Of a stretch of DNA of 64,000 nt, positions 31,863 to 42,705 are shown one piece after another. The stretch comes from an uncultured bacterium (GTDB taxonomy: Bacteria > Omnitrophota > Omnitrophia > Omnitrophales > Aquincolibacteriaceae), in contig CAYZYT010000002.1 in the NCBI GenBank assembly GCA_964482725.1, positions 74,437 through 138,436 of the forward strand, in the 5' to 3' direction. A program made the translations under genes and the position numbers. The notes beneath the pieces were generated by a model. That model worked only from the letters and a program-made list of their open reading frames with translations, did not search any database and was not told the DNA's origin. How positions within the stretch are numbered: position 1 is the first letter of the stretch; the number at the start of each line of letters is the position of its first letter.

Positions 31863-32424
31863 GAGTTGATTCCAATCGGAAAAAGAATGAAAGGCAGGCT
31901 TGCCCGATCCGTTTTGTACGGACCCATTTGAGGTTCTTCAGCTCGGCATTCGGCAGCTCTTCCCGCCACATATGCCCCACCACCACTTGCGCGAAAGGCA
32001 GGACTATATCAGACGTATCCAGACGCATCAATGTCTTTTTGACGAGACCTTTCATGAAGGGAGGATCCACAAAGATCAGTGAAAATCCCTGCCCGCTTTT
32101 CTCGAGCTTCTTGATGGCCGGAAGCATCTCCATCATAAGGATCGTGCCTTGATTTCTTATGCCGAGACCTGTGAGGTTCTTTTCGATGATCGGTTTGGCC
32201 CACGGTGCCTGGTCGACAAAAGTCGCGCTGATCGCGCCGCGGCTTAAAGATTCCAACCCGAGGCTTCCCGATCCGGCATAAAGGTCCAGGACGTGTTTCC
32301 CGAAGACAAAAGAACCCACGATGTTAAAAAGGGTCTCTTTGGTCCGATCCGTCATGGGACGAGTCAGTTTATTTTTTGGGAAATCGATCTTCCGGGACTT
32401 GAATTTGCCGCTGATAATACGCAT
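31825..32424 (-). CDS. rsmD: 16S rRNA m2G966 methyltransferase RsmD
   Basis: MRIISG, TRP, LDLYAGSGSLG.E.LSRG, DPPF. Confidence 0.95.
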   Translation of the reverse strand: MRIISGKFKSRKIDFPKNKLTRPMTDRTKETLFNIVGSFVFGKHVLDLYAGSGSLGLESLSRGAISATFVDQAPWAKPIIEKNLTGLGIRNQGTILMMEMLPAIKKLEKSGQGFSLIFVDPPFMKGLVKKTLMRLDTSDIVLPFAQVVVGHMWREELPNAELKNLKWVRTKRIGQACLSFFFRLESTHEKTKSYISGEL

Positions 32425-32432
32425 GCGATAGT

Positions 32433-34496
32433 TTAATCGGTTTTTGGCATTTGTTCGAGATATTTTTGGACCCACGCGGGAGTTTTTTGAACGGAAGCCC
32501 CCGGAATTCCGGAGATCAATTTTTGAGCTTCCCTCCTTGCCTGGAGCAGAATAGCCTCGTCGGTGATCGGATGCGCGACCCGGAAGAGAGGCTCGCCGGA
32601 TTGACGGCTTCCCCAAAGATCTCCCTGCCCGCGAAGCTTCAAATCCTCGTCCGCGATAAGAAATCCGTCACTCAGTTTCGTGAGAAGCCGGAGACGCATC
32701 TTTCCCTCGTCGGTCGTGGGTTCCCCGAAAAGAAAACACTCCGACTCGAGCGTGCCGCGGCCGATACGCCCCCGCAATTGGTGGAGTTGCGCAAGACCAA
32801 ACCGCTCGGCATTCTCAACGATCATCATCGTCGCATTGGGTTGGTCCACGCCGACCTCAATCACCGAAGTCGCAACGAGAATATCGATCTCATTCCTGGA
32901 AAAGGCGCGCATGATCGATTCCCGCTCCGGGCGATCCAGTTTTCCATGGACCAGTCCCATCCGGAATGACTTAAACGCCGTTTTCCGCAAACGTTCGAAC
33001 TCTTTCTTCGCAGCCAAAAGATCCTTTTTCTCAGTTTCTTCAATAAGCGGAAATACAATATAGGCCTGCTCGCCTTTTTGGATCCGCGTGGCCATGCGAT
33101 CAAAGACCTCGGACTGCTTTTTCCGTGTGATCCAATAAGTCTTGATCGGCTGGCGGCCTTTCGGGAGCTCCTTCATAACCGAAATATCCAGATCCGCGTA
33201 GACCGTTAGCGCCAACGTCCTCGGGATCGGCGTGGCGGTCATCACCAGTTGATGCGGTCGTGGCGTTTTCTGTAAAAGCTGGTTGCGCTGATGCACTCCG
33301 AATTTATGTTGTTCGTCGACCACAAGAAGTCCGAGCCCCTTGAACCGTACGTCCTCCTGTAAAAGCGCGTGTGTGCCGACCACCATGGGAACCTTTCCCT
33401 GCTTGAGCTCCGCGATGAGTCTTGCTCGCTTGTCGGTTTCGGTGCTTTTTGTCAGAAGCTCGGGACGAATGCCTAAGGGTTCCAGAAATTTCAAAAGTGT
33501 CCGGTAATGCTGCTCCGCAAGGATCTCCGTCGGGATGAGAAAAGCTGATTGAAGTCCTGAGCGATGCGCCGCGAGGAACGCGAATGCCGCAACCACCGTC
33601 TTTCCGGACCCCACGTCCCCTTGCAGAAGACGGTTCATCGGGATCGATTGGCCTAGATCCTTGACGAGATCCAGGATCGCTTTTTCCTGACTTTTTGTAA
33701 GCTCAAAGGGCAAGGATCGTTTGAACTCCGTCATGAGCTCGGAGCTTATTTTAAAAACGGAGGCTTGATGCTGGGCTCGGAGGGCTTTAACCTTCAAAAA
33801 AAGCTGCAGTTCAAACGAGAAAAACTCGTCAAACACAATGCGATGTCTCGCTTTTCCGAGCTCCTCGAAAGAACTGGGAAGATGCATCTCCCGAAGGGCC
33901 CGATCGAGCGGCATGAGATTCAATTCACTTCGTAGCTCGGAGGGTAAAACCTCGGTAAGGGCCCCCTCAAGATGATGTTCGAGGGTTTCTTTGAGGGTCG
34001 TCCGGAGGGAACGCTGAAACAGTCCTTCGGTGAGCGGGTAGATGGGCGTAATGCGTCCGGTATGGATGGATTCGGACTCGGCGCTTTCCACGATCTCGAA
34101 TTCCGGATTTGACATCTGGATGTTCTTTTTATAGAGCTCGACCTTGCCGTACAGAATGATTTGTTGGCCGCACTGAAAAAGTTTTTTCAAGTAAGGTTGA
34201 TTGAACCAGACCGCGCGCAAGGTCCCGGCATCATCCCCGATCAAGATCTCGACGAGCGGCATGCCACGAATGGGCTTGAATTTCACATCCATAACTTCGC
34301 CCCGGCAGGTGATGGGCTCATTTAGGGGCAAGTTGTTTAGCGGAGCAAAATGGGATCGGTCTTCGTAGCGACGCGGAAAAAGATAGAGCAGGTCACGAAC
34401 CGAATGGATACCGATCTTCTGGAAAGCAAGGGAACGCGCGGGCCCGACACCCTTGATATAACGCAAAGCTCCGTTTTCCGGCTCGGAGACTTTCAC
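32433..34496 (-). CDS. recG: ATP-dependent DNA helicase RecG
   Basis: LQGDVGSGKT, DEQH.FG, MTATPIPRTL, QLRGRIGRG. Confidence 0.98.
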   Translation of the reverse strand: MKVSEPENGALRYIKGVGPARSLAFQKIGIHSVRDLLYLFPRRYEDRSHFAPLNNLPLNEPITCRGEVMDVKFKPIRGMPLVEILIGDDAGTLRAVWFNQPYLKKLFQCGQQIILYGKVELYKKNIQMSNPEFEIVESAESESIHTGRITPIYPLTEGLFQRSLRTTLKETLEHHLEGALTEVLPSELRSELNLMPLDRALREMHLPSSFEELGKARHRIVFDEFFSFELQLFLKVKALRAQHQASVFKISSELMTEFKRSLPFELTKSQEKAILDLVKDLGQSIPMNRLLQGDVGSGKTVVAAFAFLAAHRSGLQSAFLIPTEILAEQHYRTLLKFLEPLGIRPELLTKSTETDKRARLIAELKQGKVPMVVGTHALLQEDVRFKGLGLLVVDEQHKFGVHQRNQLLQKTPRPHQLVMTATPIPRTLALTVYADLDISVMKELPKGRQPIKTYWITRKKQSEVFDRMATRIQKGEQAYIVFPLIEETEKKDLLAAKKEFERLRKTAFKSFRMGLVHGKLDRPERESIMRAFSRNEIDILVATSVIEVGVDQPNATMMIVENAERFGLAQLHQLRGRIGRGTLESECFLFGEPTTDEGKMRLRLLTKLSDGFLIADEDLKLRGQGDLWGSRQSGEPLFRVAHPITDEAILLQARREAQKLISGIPGASVQKTPAWVQKYLEQMPKTD

Positions 34497-34607
34497 CCCG
34501 TTAGATCTCCACTAAGGTGCAAATTTTTTCAGGGATATTGACGAGAGAGGGTTCCTTGCAACCCGAAAACGTCTCAGATCCTGCTGGGTTCAGAGATCTA
34601 ACGGGGT
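34495..34607. repeat. 113-bp element with perfect 15-bp terminal inverted repeat overlapping the recG RBS and start
   Basis: ACCCCGTTAGATCTC (34495-34509) and GAGATCTAACGGGGT (34593-34607). Confidence 0.75.
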
Positions 34608-34646
34608 TCATAAGGTCCGCATCGGGCGGAAGGACCGGAAGTCCGG

Positions 34647-35069
34647 CTAAGGTTTCTTAGCCGCTGCCGCCGCGGAGGCGACGACTTCTTTGTTAAGGGT
34701 TTCCGCAGACTTCACGGCATCCGTTTTTAAGGTCGCCGCATTGGCGGTCTTGTCGGTCTTATTGATCTTAGCAAGCGCTTTCTTGATCTGCTCCACATCC
34801 AGCGACGCCTGCGCGTTCGGGGATTTGAAAAGTGACCGGCTCTTCTGAATCTCGAGGATATTCAGCCCGATGCAGGTAAAAAGAAACAAGATCGCGCAAA
34901 CACTCGTGGCCTTCGTCAGGAACGACGACGCCTTGGTCCCAAAAAGCGACTGGACATTCCCCCCGAAGCTTGCGCCCGTGAGGCCCTGACCTCGACCGGC
35001 CTGGAGCAAAATAACGATGATCAGAACGAGACAAACGATGACGTGAATGCAGACGACAAAAATATTCAT
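34647..35069 (-). CDS. secG: Preprotein translocase subunit SecG
   Basis: Two TM helices, ILLQ.G.G.G...FGG...LFG..., downstream of tpiA. Confidence 0.93.
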   Translation of the reverse strand: MNIFVVCIHVIVCLVLIIVILLQAGRGQGLTGASFGGNVQSLFGTKASSFLTKATSVCAILFLFTCIGLNILEIQKSRSLFKSPNAQASLDVEQIKKALAKINKTDKTANAATLKTDAVKSAETLNKEVVASAAAAAKKP

Positions 35070-35851
35070 GACTGGTTCCCCGATTCGTATGTTTGTTGAG
35101 CTTCTTGGATGATCTGGGCGAACGATTCTGCCTTGAGGGAAGCCCCGCCGACCAGCGCGCCATCAATATTGGGCTTTTCCATCAGGGATTTTGTATTGTC
35201 CGGTTTGACGCTCCCCCCGTAGAGAATGGGAATGCGGTTCCCCACCTCTTGGCTGTAACGCTCGTTGAGGAGCCGGCGAATGTACGAATGCATCTGCTCG
35301 GCCTGGTCCGGGGTCGCGGTCTTCCCCGTGCCGATCGCCCACACGGGCTCATAGGCGATCACGACTTTGGCGATATCCTCTTTTTCAAGATGCCCGAGCG
35401 ATTCGTCGAATTGCGTTTTGACCACGTCAAAATGTTTTTTCGAATCTCTTTCCACAAGCGTTTCGCCGACACACACGATCGGGATAATGCTGTATTTAAG
35501 TGCGGTTTTCACTTTCTCATGGATCAGGATATCGTCCTCTTTAAAGTATTGACGGCGTTCGGAATGCCCGAGGATCACATACCGGCAACCGCTATCCTTG
35601 AGCATCGTCGGCGAGATCTCGCCCGTGAACGCGCCCTCCGGAGCGCAATACATGTTCTGGGCACCCAGATCGATCGAGGTATCCTTCAGGACCTTGGAAA
35701 CTTCGCTCAGGGCGGTAAAGGGCGGACAGATCACGATCGTGACATTCGAAACGGTATGTGCCGCCGCTTTGAGTGTCTGAACAAGGGTCACAGCTTCGGA
35801 GGCCGTCTTGTACATTTTCCAGTTTCCGGCAATCAAGGGTCTTTTTTTCAT
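35066..35851 (-). CDS. tpiA: Triosephosphate isomerase
   Basis: AGNWKM, GHSERR, AYEPVWAIGTG, LYGGSV. Confidence 0.99.
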   Translation of the reverse strand: MKKRPLIAGNWKMYKTASEAVTLVQTLKAAAHTVSNVTIVICPPFTALSEVSKVLKDTSIDLGAQNMYCAPEGAFTGEISPTMLKDSGCRYVILGHSERRQYFKEDDILIHEKVKTALKYSIIPIVCVGETLVERDSKKHFDVVKTQFDESLGHLEKEDIAKVVIAYEPVWAIGTGKTATPDQAEQMHSYIRRLLNERYSQEVGNRIPILYGGSVKPDNTKSLMEKPNIDGALVGGASLKAESFAQIIQEAQQTYESGNQS

Positions 35852-35908
35852 AAGGTCCGCTCTTTCCGTTAGTTTTCTTGTACTGTTAACCTTAAAATTG
35901 AATTAGGA

Positions 35909-37174
35909 TCAGGGCTTGTCAAGAAGTGCGGCCACACCCGGCAACACTTTACCTTCCACAAGCTCAAGCGATGCCCCGCCGCCTGTGGAAATATGAGAGA
36001 TCTTCGGCCCCACACCGGATTTATTCACCGCAGCGACCGAGTCCCCGCCTCCGATAACGGTCACGCAATCCGGAAGTTCCGAGATCGCTTTCGCGATGGC
36101 CATGGTGCCGTTGGCGAATCTTGGGAATTCGAATACGCCGACCGGGCCGTTCCAGAAAACTGTCTTGGCGCCCTTGAGAGCACCCTTGAATTTGTCGACC
36201 GTGAGCGGACCGATATCCATCCCCATTTGATCGGAATCAATATTCCCGCGGGCGACATGTTCTGAGGGTGCGTCTGCCGAGAACTCCTTCGTGACAATAT
36301 GATCGATCGGAAGGTAAATATAAATATGGGTTTCATAGGCTTTTTGGAGGATTTGCCGGGCCGTATCGAGCATATCATCTTCCACAAGCGAGGCTCCGAC
36401 CGAAAGCCCCTTCGCCTTGAGGAACGTGTAGGCCATACCGCCGCCCACAATGAGACGGTCGACTCTCCCGAGCAGGCTTTCCAGTACCGCGATCTTGGAC
36501 GAAACTTTAGCGCCGCCAATAATCGCGACAAAAGGACGCGCGGGATTATTGACGATTTTATCGACAAGATAGTCCAGTTCTTTTTCCATCAGGAATCCTG
36601 CGACCGCCGGCAAATATTTCGCGACCGTTTCAGTCGAAGCATGAGCGCGATGCGCGGAGCCAAAGGCGTCGTTGACAAAGATATCGCCATACTGCGCCAG
36701 CGCTTTGGCCAACACGTCACGTTCTGCCACGTCCTTGGAAGTTTCTTCTTTATGAAAACGGGTATTCTCGAGCATCAAAATGCCGCCCGGAGGGATCGCC
36801 TTGACCATCGCTTCGGTTTCGGGCCCCATGCAGGCGGGAGCGAGCTTTACTTCTTTCCCGAGAAGCTGGGCCAGTTTCGCGGCGACCGGCGCCATCTTGA
36901 ATTTACCCTCCATGAATTTTTTCTCATCGAACGGCTTACCGTCCTTGTCCGCTTTTTCCTTGGCTTTTTGCGTGTCCTTCTTGGGATCCCCGAGATGGGA
37001 CATCAAGACCAGGCTCTTCGCGCCCTGATCAAGCACATACTTGATCGTGGGTAAGGCAGCCTTAATACGGGTATCATCCTGCACAACCCCGTCTTTCATC
37101 GGCACGTTAAAATCCACGCGCATGAGGATTCGCTTTCCGCGGACATCAATATCTCTGACTGTTTTCTTCTTCAT
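35909..37174 (-). CDS. pgk: Phosphoglycerate kinase
   Basis: RVDFNVP, NDAFG.AHR, GGAKVS, STGGGA. Confidence 0.98.
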   Translation of the reverse strand: MKKKTVRDIDVRGKRILMRVDFNVPMKDGVVQDDTRIKAALPTIKYVLDQGAKSLVLMSHLGDPKKDTQKAKEKADKDGKPFDEKKFMEGKFKMAPVAAKLAQLLGKEVKLAPACMGPETEAMVKAIPPGGILMLENTRFHKEETSKDVAERDVLAKALAQYGDIFVNDAFGSAHRAHASTETVAKYLPAVAGFLMEKELDYLVDKIVNNPARPFVAIIGGAKVSSKIAVLESLLGRVDRLIVGGGMAYTFLKAKGLSVGASLVEDDMLDTARQILQKAYETHIYIYLPIDHIVTKEFSADAPSEHVARGNIDSDQMGMDIGPLTVDKFKGALKGAKTVFWNGPVGVFEFPRFANGTMAIAKAISELPDCVTVIGGGDSVAAVNKSGVGPKISHISTGGGASLELVEGKVLPGVAALLDKP

Positions 37175-37195
37175 GATTTTCCTTTATGCTTCGCC

Positions 37196-37270
37196 GTCAT
37201 TCTGAGCCCCGAAGAGGGCGAAGAATCCCGCGCGAGATCCTTCCCCCGCTTTCAGCGGGTTCAGGATAAC
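37196..37270. repeat. Palindromic element family B, intergenic copy
   Basis: GTCATTCTGAGCCC...GAAGAATC...GAGATCCTTC...TTCAGGATAAC; reverse-orientation homolog of the copies in fmt, priA and udg. Confidence 0.8.
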
Positions 37271-37289
37271 AGATCGCTTTTGCGATCTG

Positions 37290-38405
<1,116 letters not shown>

Positions 38406-38518
38406 TTACGGTGGGAAACATGTCAAATTCCTGCTAAGACTGCCTTACGATTGACTTTATGGGATTGATTGGTATTGCGACCGTGAACCCGTAAAATCAC
38501 AAATGAGAAACGGCGCTA

Positions 38519-38546
38519 ATTATAAGCGCGCGACGTCGAGTGTCAA
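38519..38546 (-). promoter_or_regulatory. Sigma70 promoter of gap-pgk-tpiA-secG
   Basis: Consensus hexamers TTGACA-N16-TATAAT. Confidence 0.75.
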
Positions 38547-38598
38547 GGAATTCTACTGAGGAAAACCCTCCGGAGGCTACCGCTCGCCCCCGGATTTA

Positions 38599-40545
38599 TT
38601 AGGTCGGCACAGTAAAATAGAAACGCGAACCTTTTCCAAGTTCGCTTTCGACCCAGACGCGTCCGCCATGCAGCTCCACGATGGCTTTCGAGATCGAAAG
38701 TCCGAGCCCCGTTCCCTTCTGCTTCAGCTCTTGAGCCTTGCTGAACTGTTGGAATTTCCCGAAGACCTTGGACAGGTTCTCGGGGGCGATGCCCACGCCG
38801 GTGTCCTCGACGCAACATTCGAATTCCGATCCTTTTTGATCGACACGCACCAGAATACGGCCGCTCTCTGTGAATTTCAGGGCATTCCCGATCAGGTTGG
38901 TCAACACTTGGATGAGACGATCGCCATCCGCCTCGACCGTCGTGGCTTGACAAATAATCTCATCTTGAAGCTCGATCTTCCTGTTTTCCGCCTGACTCTT
39001 GTACAATTCTAAAACCTTCCGGGTGAGCTCCCGCAGGTCGACCGTTTGTTTATGGAGCTCCATTTTTCCGGCCTCGATCTTGGAAACATCCTGCAGATCC
39101 TTGATGATATGGATGAGCCGATCGATCGCCTCTTTCCCGATACGAAGGAATTGGCGTTGCTTCTCGGTCACGGGCCCCAAAATCTCATCCTGCATCATCT
39201 GGATCGATTCTCCGGTGACCAGAAGAGGATTCCTGAGTTCATGCGAGACCATGGACACAAATTCACTTTTGATCTCATTCATACGATGAAGGACTTCATT
39301 GCGTTCTTGAAGCGCTTCTTCAGCCCTTCGCAAAAGAACGAGCTCTTTTTTCTCGGAGATGTCGTAGAGCATACCTTGGTAGCCGTCCACTTCTCCGTGG
39401 GCGTCCTTGGTGAACGTAGAAAAAAGCGTGACGAAGATCTCGTTCGCACGCGCCGTCCTGAGAGACATTTCTTTAATCTCCACGCCCCCGCGGCTTTTCA
39501 ATTCATCAAAGAATTTCTTTCGATCGTCCTCACGGGTCCAGAATGCGTCCGGAAGAAAAGGATGATTGATGATCTTCCAAGGGTCCTCCACCTCCAGGAG
39601 TTTCAGAAACGCCGGATTCGCGTAGTTCACCACGCCTGCCAGGTCCAACGTAAAAACCCCGTGCGTTGCGCTTTCAAGCCAGTGCTTATTCAGGCCTTCT
39701 TCATCTTCCAGCTTTCGGCGGACTGCGCGAAAAATGTCGGTTTGGGTCACGATCCCCAGAAGTTGTTTTCCGTCCATCACCACAAGATGACGAATGTGCT
39801 TTTCATCAATGAGGCGGGTCGCGTTGTAGATACTGCAATCCGGCGGCACACTGATCACCGTCCCCGACATGATCTCATCCACAGCGATGAGCGATGGATC
39901 CTTTCCCCGCGCCACGATTTTCTTAAAAAGATCCCGCTCCGTAAAGATCCCCACGGCATCCGAGCCTTCCATGACGAGCATGCAGGAGATGTTTCGATCC
40001 GCCATGATCTGTGCGGCATCGACCACTCGGGCCCCTCGAGCGATGCCGGCCACATCGCAGATCATGATCTCCCCGACACTGCGCCACATCCCGTAAGAGG
40101 CCAGCGCTTGCGTCAGGTCGGTCAAGGTCACGATGCCGATCAATCGACCCTCTTGAAGAACCGGCAAACGTTTGATCTGTTTGGAATCCATCATGCGGCT
40201 AGCATCAAGAATGGAAAGGTTGGGTGCGGCAAAAACGACCGGGGTGGTCATCACGTCCGCAACCGTCGGCACGCTTGAATGACTCTGGGCGACGACTTTT
40301 TTCAGCATGTCGCGTTCGCTCAGGATCCCTAGAACCTGTCCCGTAGGATCCGTCACTAAAATACAGGAAACATTTTTCTCGGTCATCCGCTGTGCCGCAT
40401 CCACGACAGTCGCTCCGGGTGAAATGGTCAGAACGTCCCGGATCATAACATCCTGCAATTGAAGCCATGGCCGGGAGGATTTCAAAGAATGTTTAGGCAG
40501 CGTAGCACCTTCGCTCATCTCGGGTGGAGTGATCTCTTCAGTCAT
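38599..40545 (-). CDS. CBS(x4)-PAS sensor histidine kinase
   Basis: Two CBS pairs (GILSERD, GIVTLTD, GIFTERD, GIVTQTD), PAS, SHELRNPL, NLIGNALKFT, GTGLGL; start ATG 40545. Confidence 0.93.
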   Translation of the reverse strand: MTEEITPPEMSEGATLPKHSLKSSRPWLQLQDVMIRDVLTISPGATVVDAAQRMTEKNVSCILVTDPTGQVLGILSERDMLKKVVAQSHSSVPTVADVMTTPVVFAAPNLSILDASRMMDSKQIKRLPVLQEGRLIGIVTLTDLTQALASYGMWRSVGEIMICDVAGIARGARVVDAAQIMADRNISCMLVMEGSDAVGIFTERDLFKKIVARGKDPSLIAVDEIMSGTVISVPPDCSIYNATRLIDEKHIRHLVVMDGKQLLGIVTQTDIFRAVRRKLEDEEGLNKHWLESATHGVFTLDLAGVVNYANPAFLKLLEVEDPWKIINHPFLPDAFWTREDDRKKFFDELKSRGGVEIKEMSLRTARANEIFVTLFSTFTKDAHGEVDGYQGMLYDISEKKELVLLRRAEEALQERNEVLHRMNEIKSEFVSMVSHELRNPLLVTGESIQMMQDEILGPVTEKQRQFLRIGKEAIDRLIHIIKDLQDVSKIEAGKMELHKQTVDLRELTRKVLELYKSQAENRKIELQDEIICQATTVEADGDRLIQVLTNLIGNALKFTESGRILVRVDQKGSEFECCVEDTGVGIAPENLSKVFGKFQQFSKAQELKQKGTGLGLSISKAIVELHGGRVWVESELGKGSRFYFTVPT

Positions 40546-40546
40546 A

Positions 40547-41563
40547 TCAGGAATCCCTTTCTTGGAGTATCGCGCCCACAACGAAGCGCCTTCCCCGGGA
40601 AAAATCGGCAGCGGTCATGGCATTTTTTCCTTCGGGTTTAACTTTAAGGATCTTGAGGATGCCTTTTTGAGTTGCGACCTGGATGCCACCGTCTTTTTCT
40701 ATCGCAAGAAGTGTTCCGGGTTTTTCTCCTTCGTCCTCCTGAACCGCTTGGAGGGGAAGGATCTCCCCTTGCGGCCTCTCCGATTCTTCGCCTTGCTCAG
40801 AATGACGAAGCGAAGGAAGATCCGTTTCAAGGATCGCGATCCGTTCATTTTTTATGAAACAATAAGCCCCCGGCCAGGGTTGAAGTCCGCGGACTTTTCG
40901 GTCCATGGCTTCGGCGGTCATGGTGGTCAACGAAAGTTCCCCGTCCTGCTTGGAAAGCTGGGGGGCGAGCGTAGCTTCCGATTCATTTTGCGGGATGCCC
41001 CGAAGCTTTCCCTCCTGGACTTCTGTGAGGACTTTTTTGAGGAGCCCATAAGAAAAACGAGCCAGCTCCGAGGTGAGCTGGACGGCATCGGTTCGAGGAT
41101 CGATCGAGATCCTCTCCTGGCAATAAATGTCACCGCTATCAAGCTTCTCGGCAACATCGATGATGCTCACGCCGGTCTCCCTGTCCCCGTTCAGGATCGG
41201 CCAGTGGATCGGCGCCGCGCCGCGATATTTCGGTAAAAGCGACGGGTGAACATTCAGACGATATTTTGGGATCTCAAGTAAATGGCCCGGAATGAGTTTT
41301 CCGTACGAAGCCACGACAAAAATGTCAGGCCGTAAGGCGAGCAAATCGATGGACACCTTAGCGTCGCGGAGCTTCGGATATTCGATGACGGGAAGCTTTT
41401 TTGTTTGGCAATAATCAAAGATCTCGCTCGACTCCAGCTTGAGGCCGCGCCCTTTCTTTTGGGGAGGCGTGGTGATAACAAGCGCGAGCTCCATGCCGGA
41501 ATGCAGACAGGCTTCAAGCGCTTTGACCGAGAACGCGTCGGATCCGAAAAAGACGATCTTCAC
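40547..41563 (-). CDS. fmt: Methionyl-tRNA formyltransferase, with in-frame palindromic insert
   Basis: KIVFFGS, VASYG, NVHPSLLPKYRGAAPI, PWPGA; GTG 41563 chosen (upstream in-frame ATG at 41698). Confidence 0.95.
   Translation of the reverse strand: MKIVFFGSDAFSVKALEACLHSGMELALVITTPPQKKGRGLKLESSEIFDYCQTKKLPVIEYPKLRDAKVSIDLLALRPDIFVVASYGKLIPGHLLEIPKYRLNVHPSLLPKYRGAAPIHWPILNGDRETGVSIIDVAEKLDSGDIYCQERISIDPRTDAVQLTSELARFSYGLLKKVLTEVQEGKLRGIPQNESEATLAPQLSKQDGELSLTTMTAEAMDRKVRGLQPWPGAYCFIKNERIAILETDLPSLRHSEQGEESERPQGEILPLQAVQEDEGEKPGTLLAIEKDGGIQVATQKGILKILKVKPEGKNAMTAADFSRGRRFVVGAILQERDS
40733..40806. repeat. Palindromic element family B inside fmt
   Basis: GTCCTCCTGAACC...GAAGGATCTC...GATTCTTCGCC...CTCAGAATGAC; translated as RHSEQGEES...EILPLQAVQED. 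Confidence 0.8.
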
Positions 41564-41657
41564 GATAAGGCCATGCGTAAATTCGAAATAAATTTCAACG
41601 TTTGAAACATTCGCATTGGAGTCATTGGAATTTCGTTCCGGGTTTCGAGATTCGGAT

Positions 41658-42173
41658 TTAGAGTTTCGATGTGCCCCTGGCAGTGATGGCCGATTCATAT
41701 TGCGCGAGAAGCTTTTCGCGCTTGGCGCCTTTAAAGTGATCGATCAGAAGGATCCCGTTCAGATGGTCCATTTCGTGCTGGATAACGCGGGCAAAAAAAT
41801 CCTCGACCTCGACCGTGTATTTTTTTCCGTAACGGTCCTGAAAAGTTAGCCGGAGCTGGGTCGCGCGGACGATCTCGCCCGAGATACCGGGAAAGCTCAA
41901 GCAACCTTCGGCCGCGACCGAGGTCCCTGACTTTTTTTCGATCACGGCATTCACCATGATATGTTCTTCGCCGTGGCGCAAGGTCGGGCAGGCGATGAAT
42001 ATTTGCTGGGAGATCCCGATCTGGGGCGCGGCGAGGCCCACACCGTCGGACGCATGCATGGTCGTGATCATGTCGTCAAATAGCTTCTGCATCGCAGGCC
42101 CGAAATCGGTCGCCGGAGCCGCTTTTTTCTTAAGGACAGGATCGGGATAAGTTCGTATCTTAAGCTTCGCCAT
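41658..42173 (-). CDS. def: Peptide deformylase
   Basis: GVGLAAPQIG, EGCLS, QHEMDHL. Confidence 0.98.
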   Translation of the reverse strand: MAKLKIRTYPDPVLKKKAAPATDFGPAMQKLFDDMITTMHASDGVGLAAPQIGISQQIFIACPTLRHGEEHIMVNAVIEKKSGTSVAAEGCLSFPGISGEIVRATQLRLTFQDRYGKKYTVEVEDFFARVIQHEMDHLNGILLIDHFKGAKREKLLAQYESAITARGTSKL

Positions 42174-42320
42174 AATTCACCTTGGTTGAAAAAAAAGCCT
42201 GGGTGCCAGACGAGAAAAATTATAACATACTTACAGCGATAAGGGGAAAGGGGTAAGTGTTAAGTTCGAAAGATCGTCTTATTTAGAACCGTTCGAAGAA
42301 TTCTCACCGAAAGGATCGTT

Positions 42321-42557
42321 ATGAACAAAAGCGAAATGTTGCGTTTTGTGAATCTGCCCCTGGCGTTCTCGTTTCTCATCCAGACCGGGACAGCCCTGCT
42401 CATTCTCTCGGAGATCAAGCTTCCGAACAAAGACCTGCTTTTCGGGATCCACGAATATAACGGCCTCGCGTTGATCGCGCTCATCGCGGCGCATATCTTC
42501 CTGAACTGGAGCTGGATCCGCGTGACGTTCTTCCCCGCCAGGAAAAAGCCCGCTTAA
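42321..42557 (+). CDS. Small membrane protein (DUF4405-like, two His in TM helices)
   Basis: TM-rich 78 aa with IHE.NG and HI.LNW.WI; AAGGA RBS; the only plus-strand gene called. Confidence 0.7.
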   Translation: MNKSEMLRFVNLPLAFSFLIQTGTALLILSEIKLPNKDLLFGIHEYNGLALIALIAAHIFLNWSWIRVTFFPARKKPA

Positions 42558-42596
42558 GCTACCTGAGCCCTGCAAATGAGAATTCGTATTCTTACC

Positions 42597-42622
42597 GTAG
42601 GGCAGGTTTAAACCTGCCCTAC
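42597..42622. repeat. Perfect 26-bp GTAG-type REP palindrome
   Basis: GTAGGGCAGGTTT-AAACCTGCCCTAC. Confidence 0.8.
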
Positions 42623-42705
42623 AGGGCGAAATAACACTCGACTTAATGAAATGACGTACCGGCTCCGCGTCACGTTCTTCCCCGCCAGAAAAAAACGCTG
42701 CGAAA

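Noticed and set aside
34495-34646. 6S RNA or tRNA downstream of secG
   Set aside because: No cloverleaf or T-loop and no convincing 6S central bulge; kept only as an inverted-repeat element pending an Rfam scan
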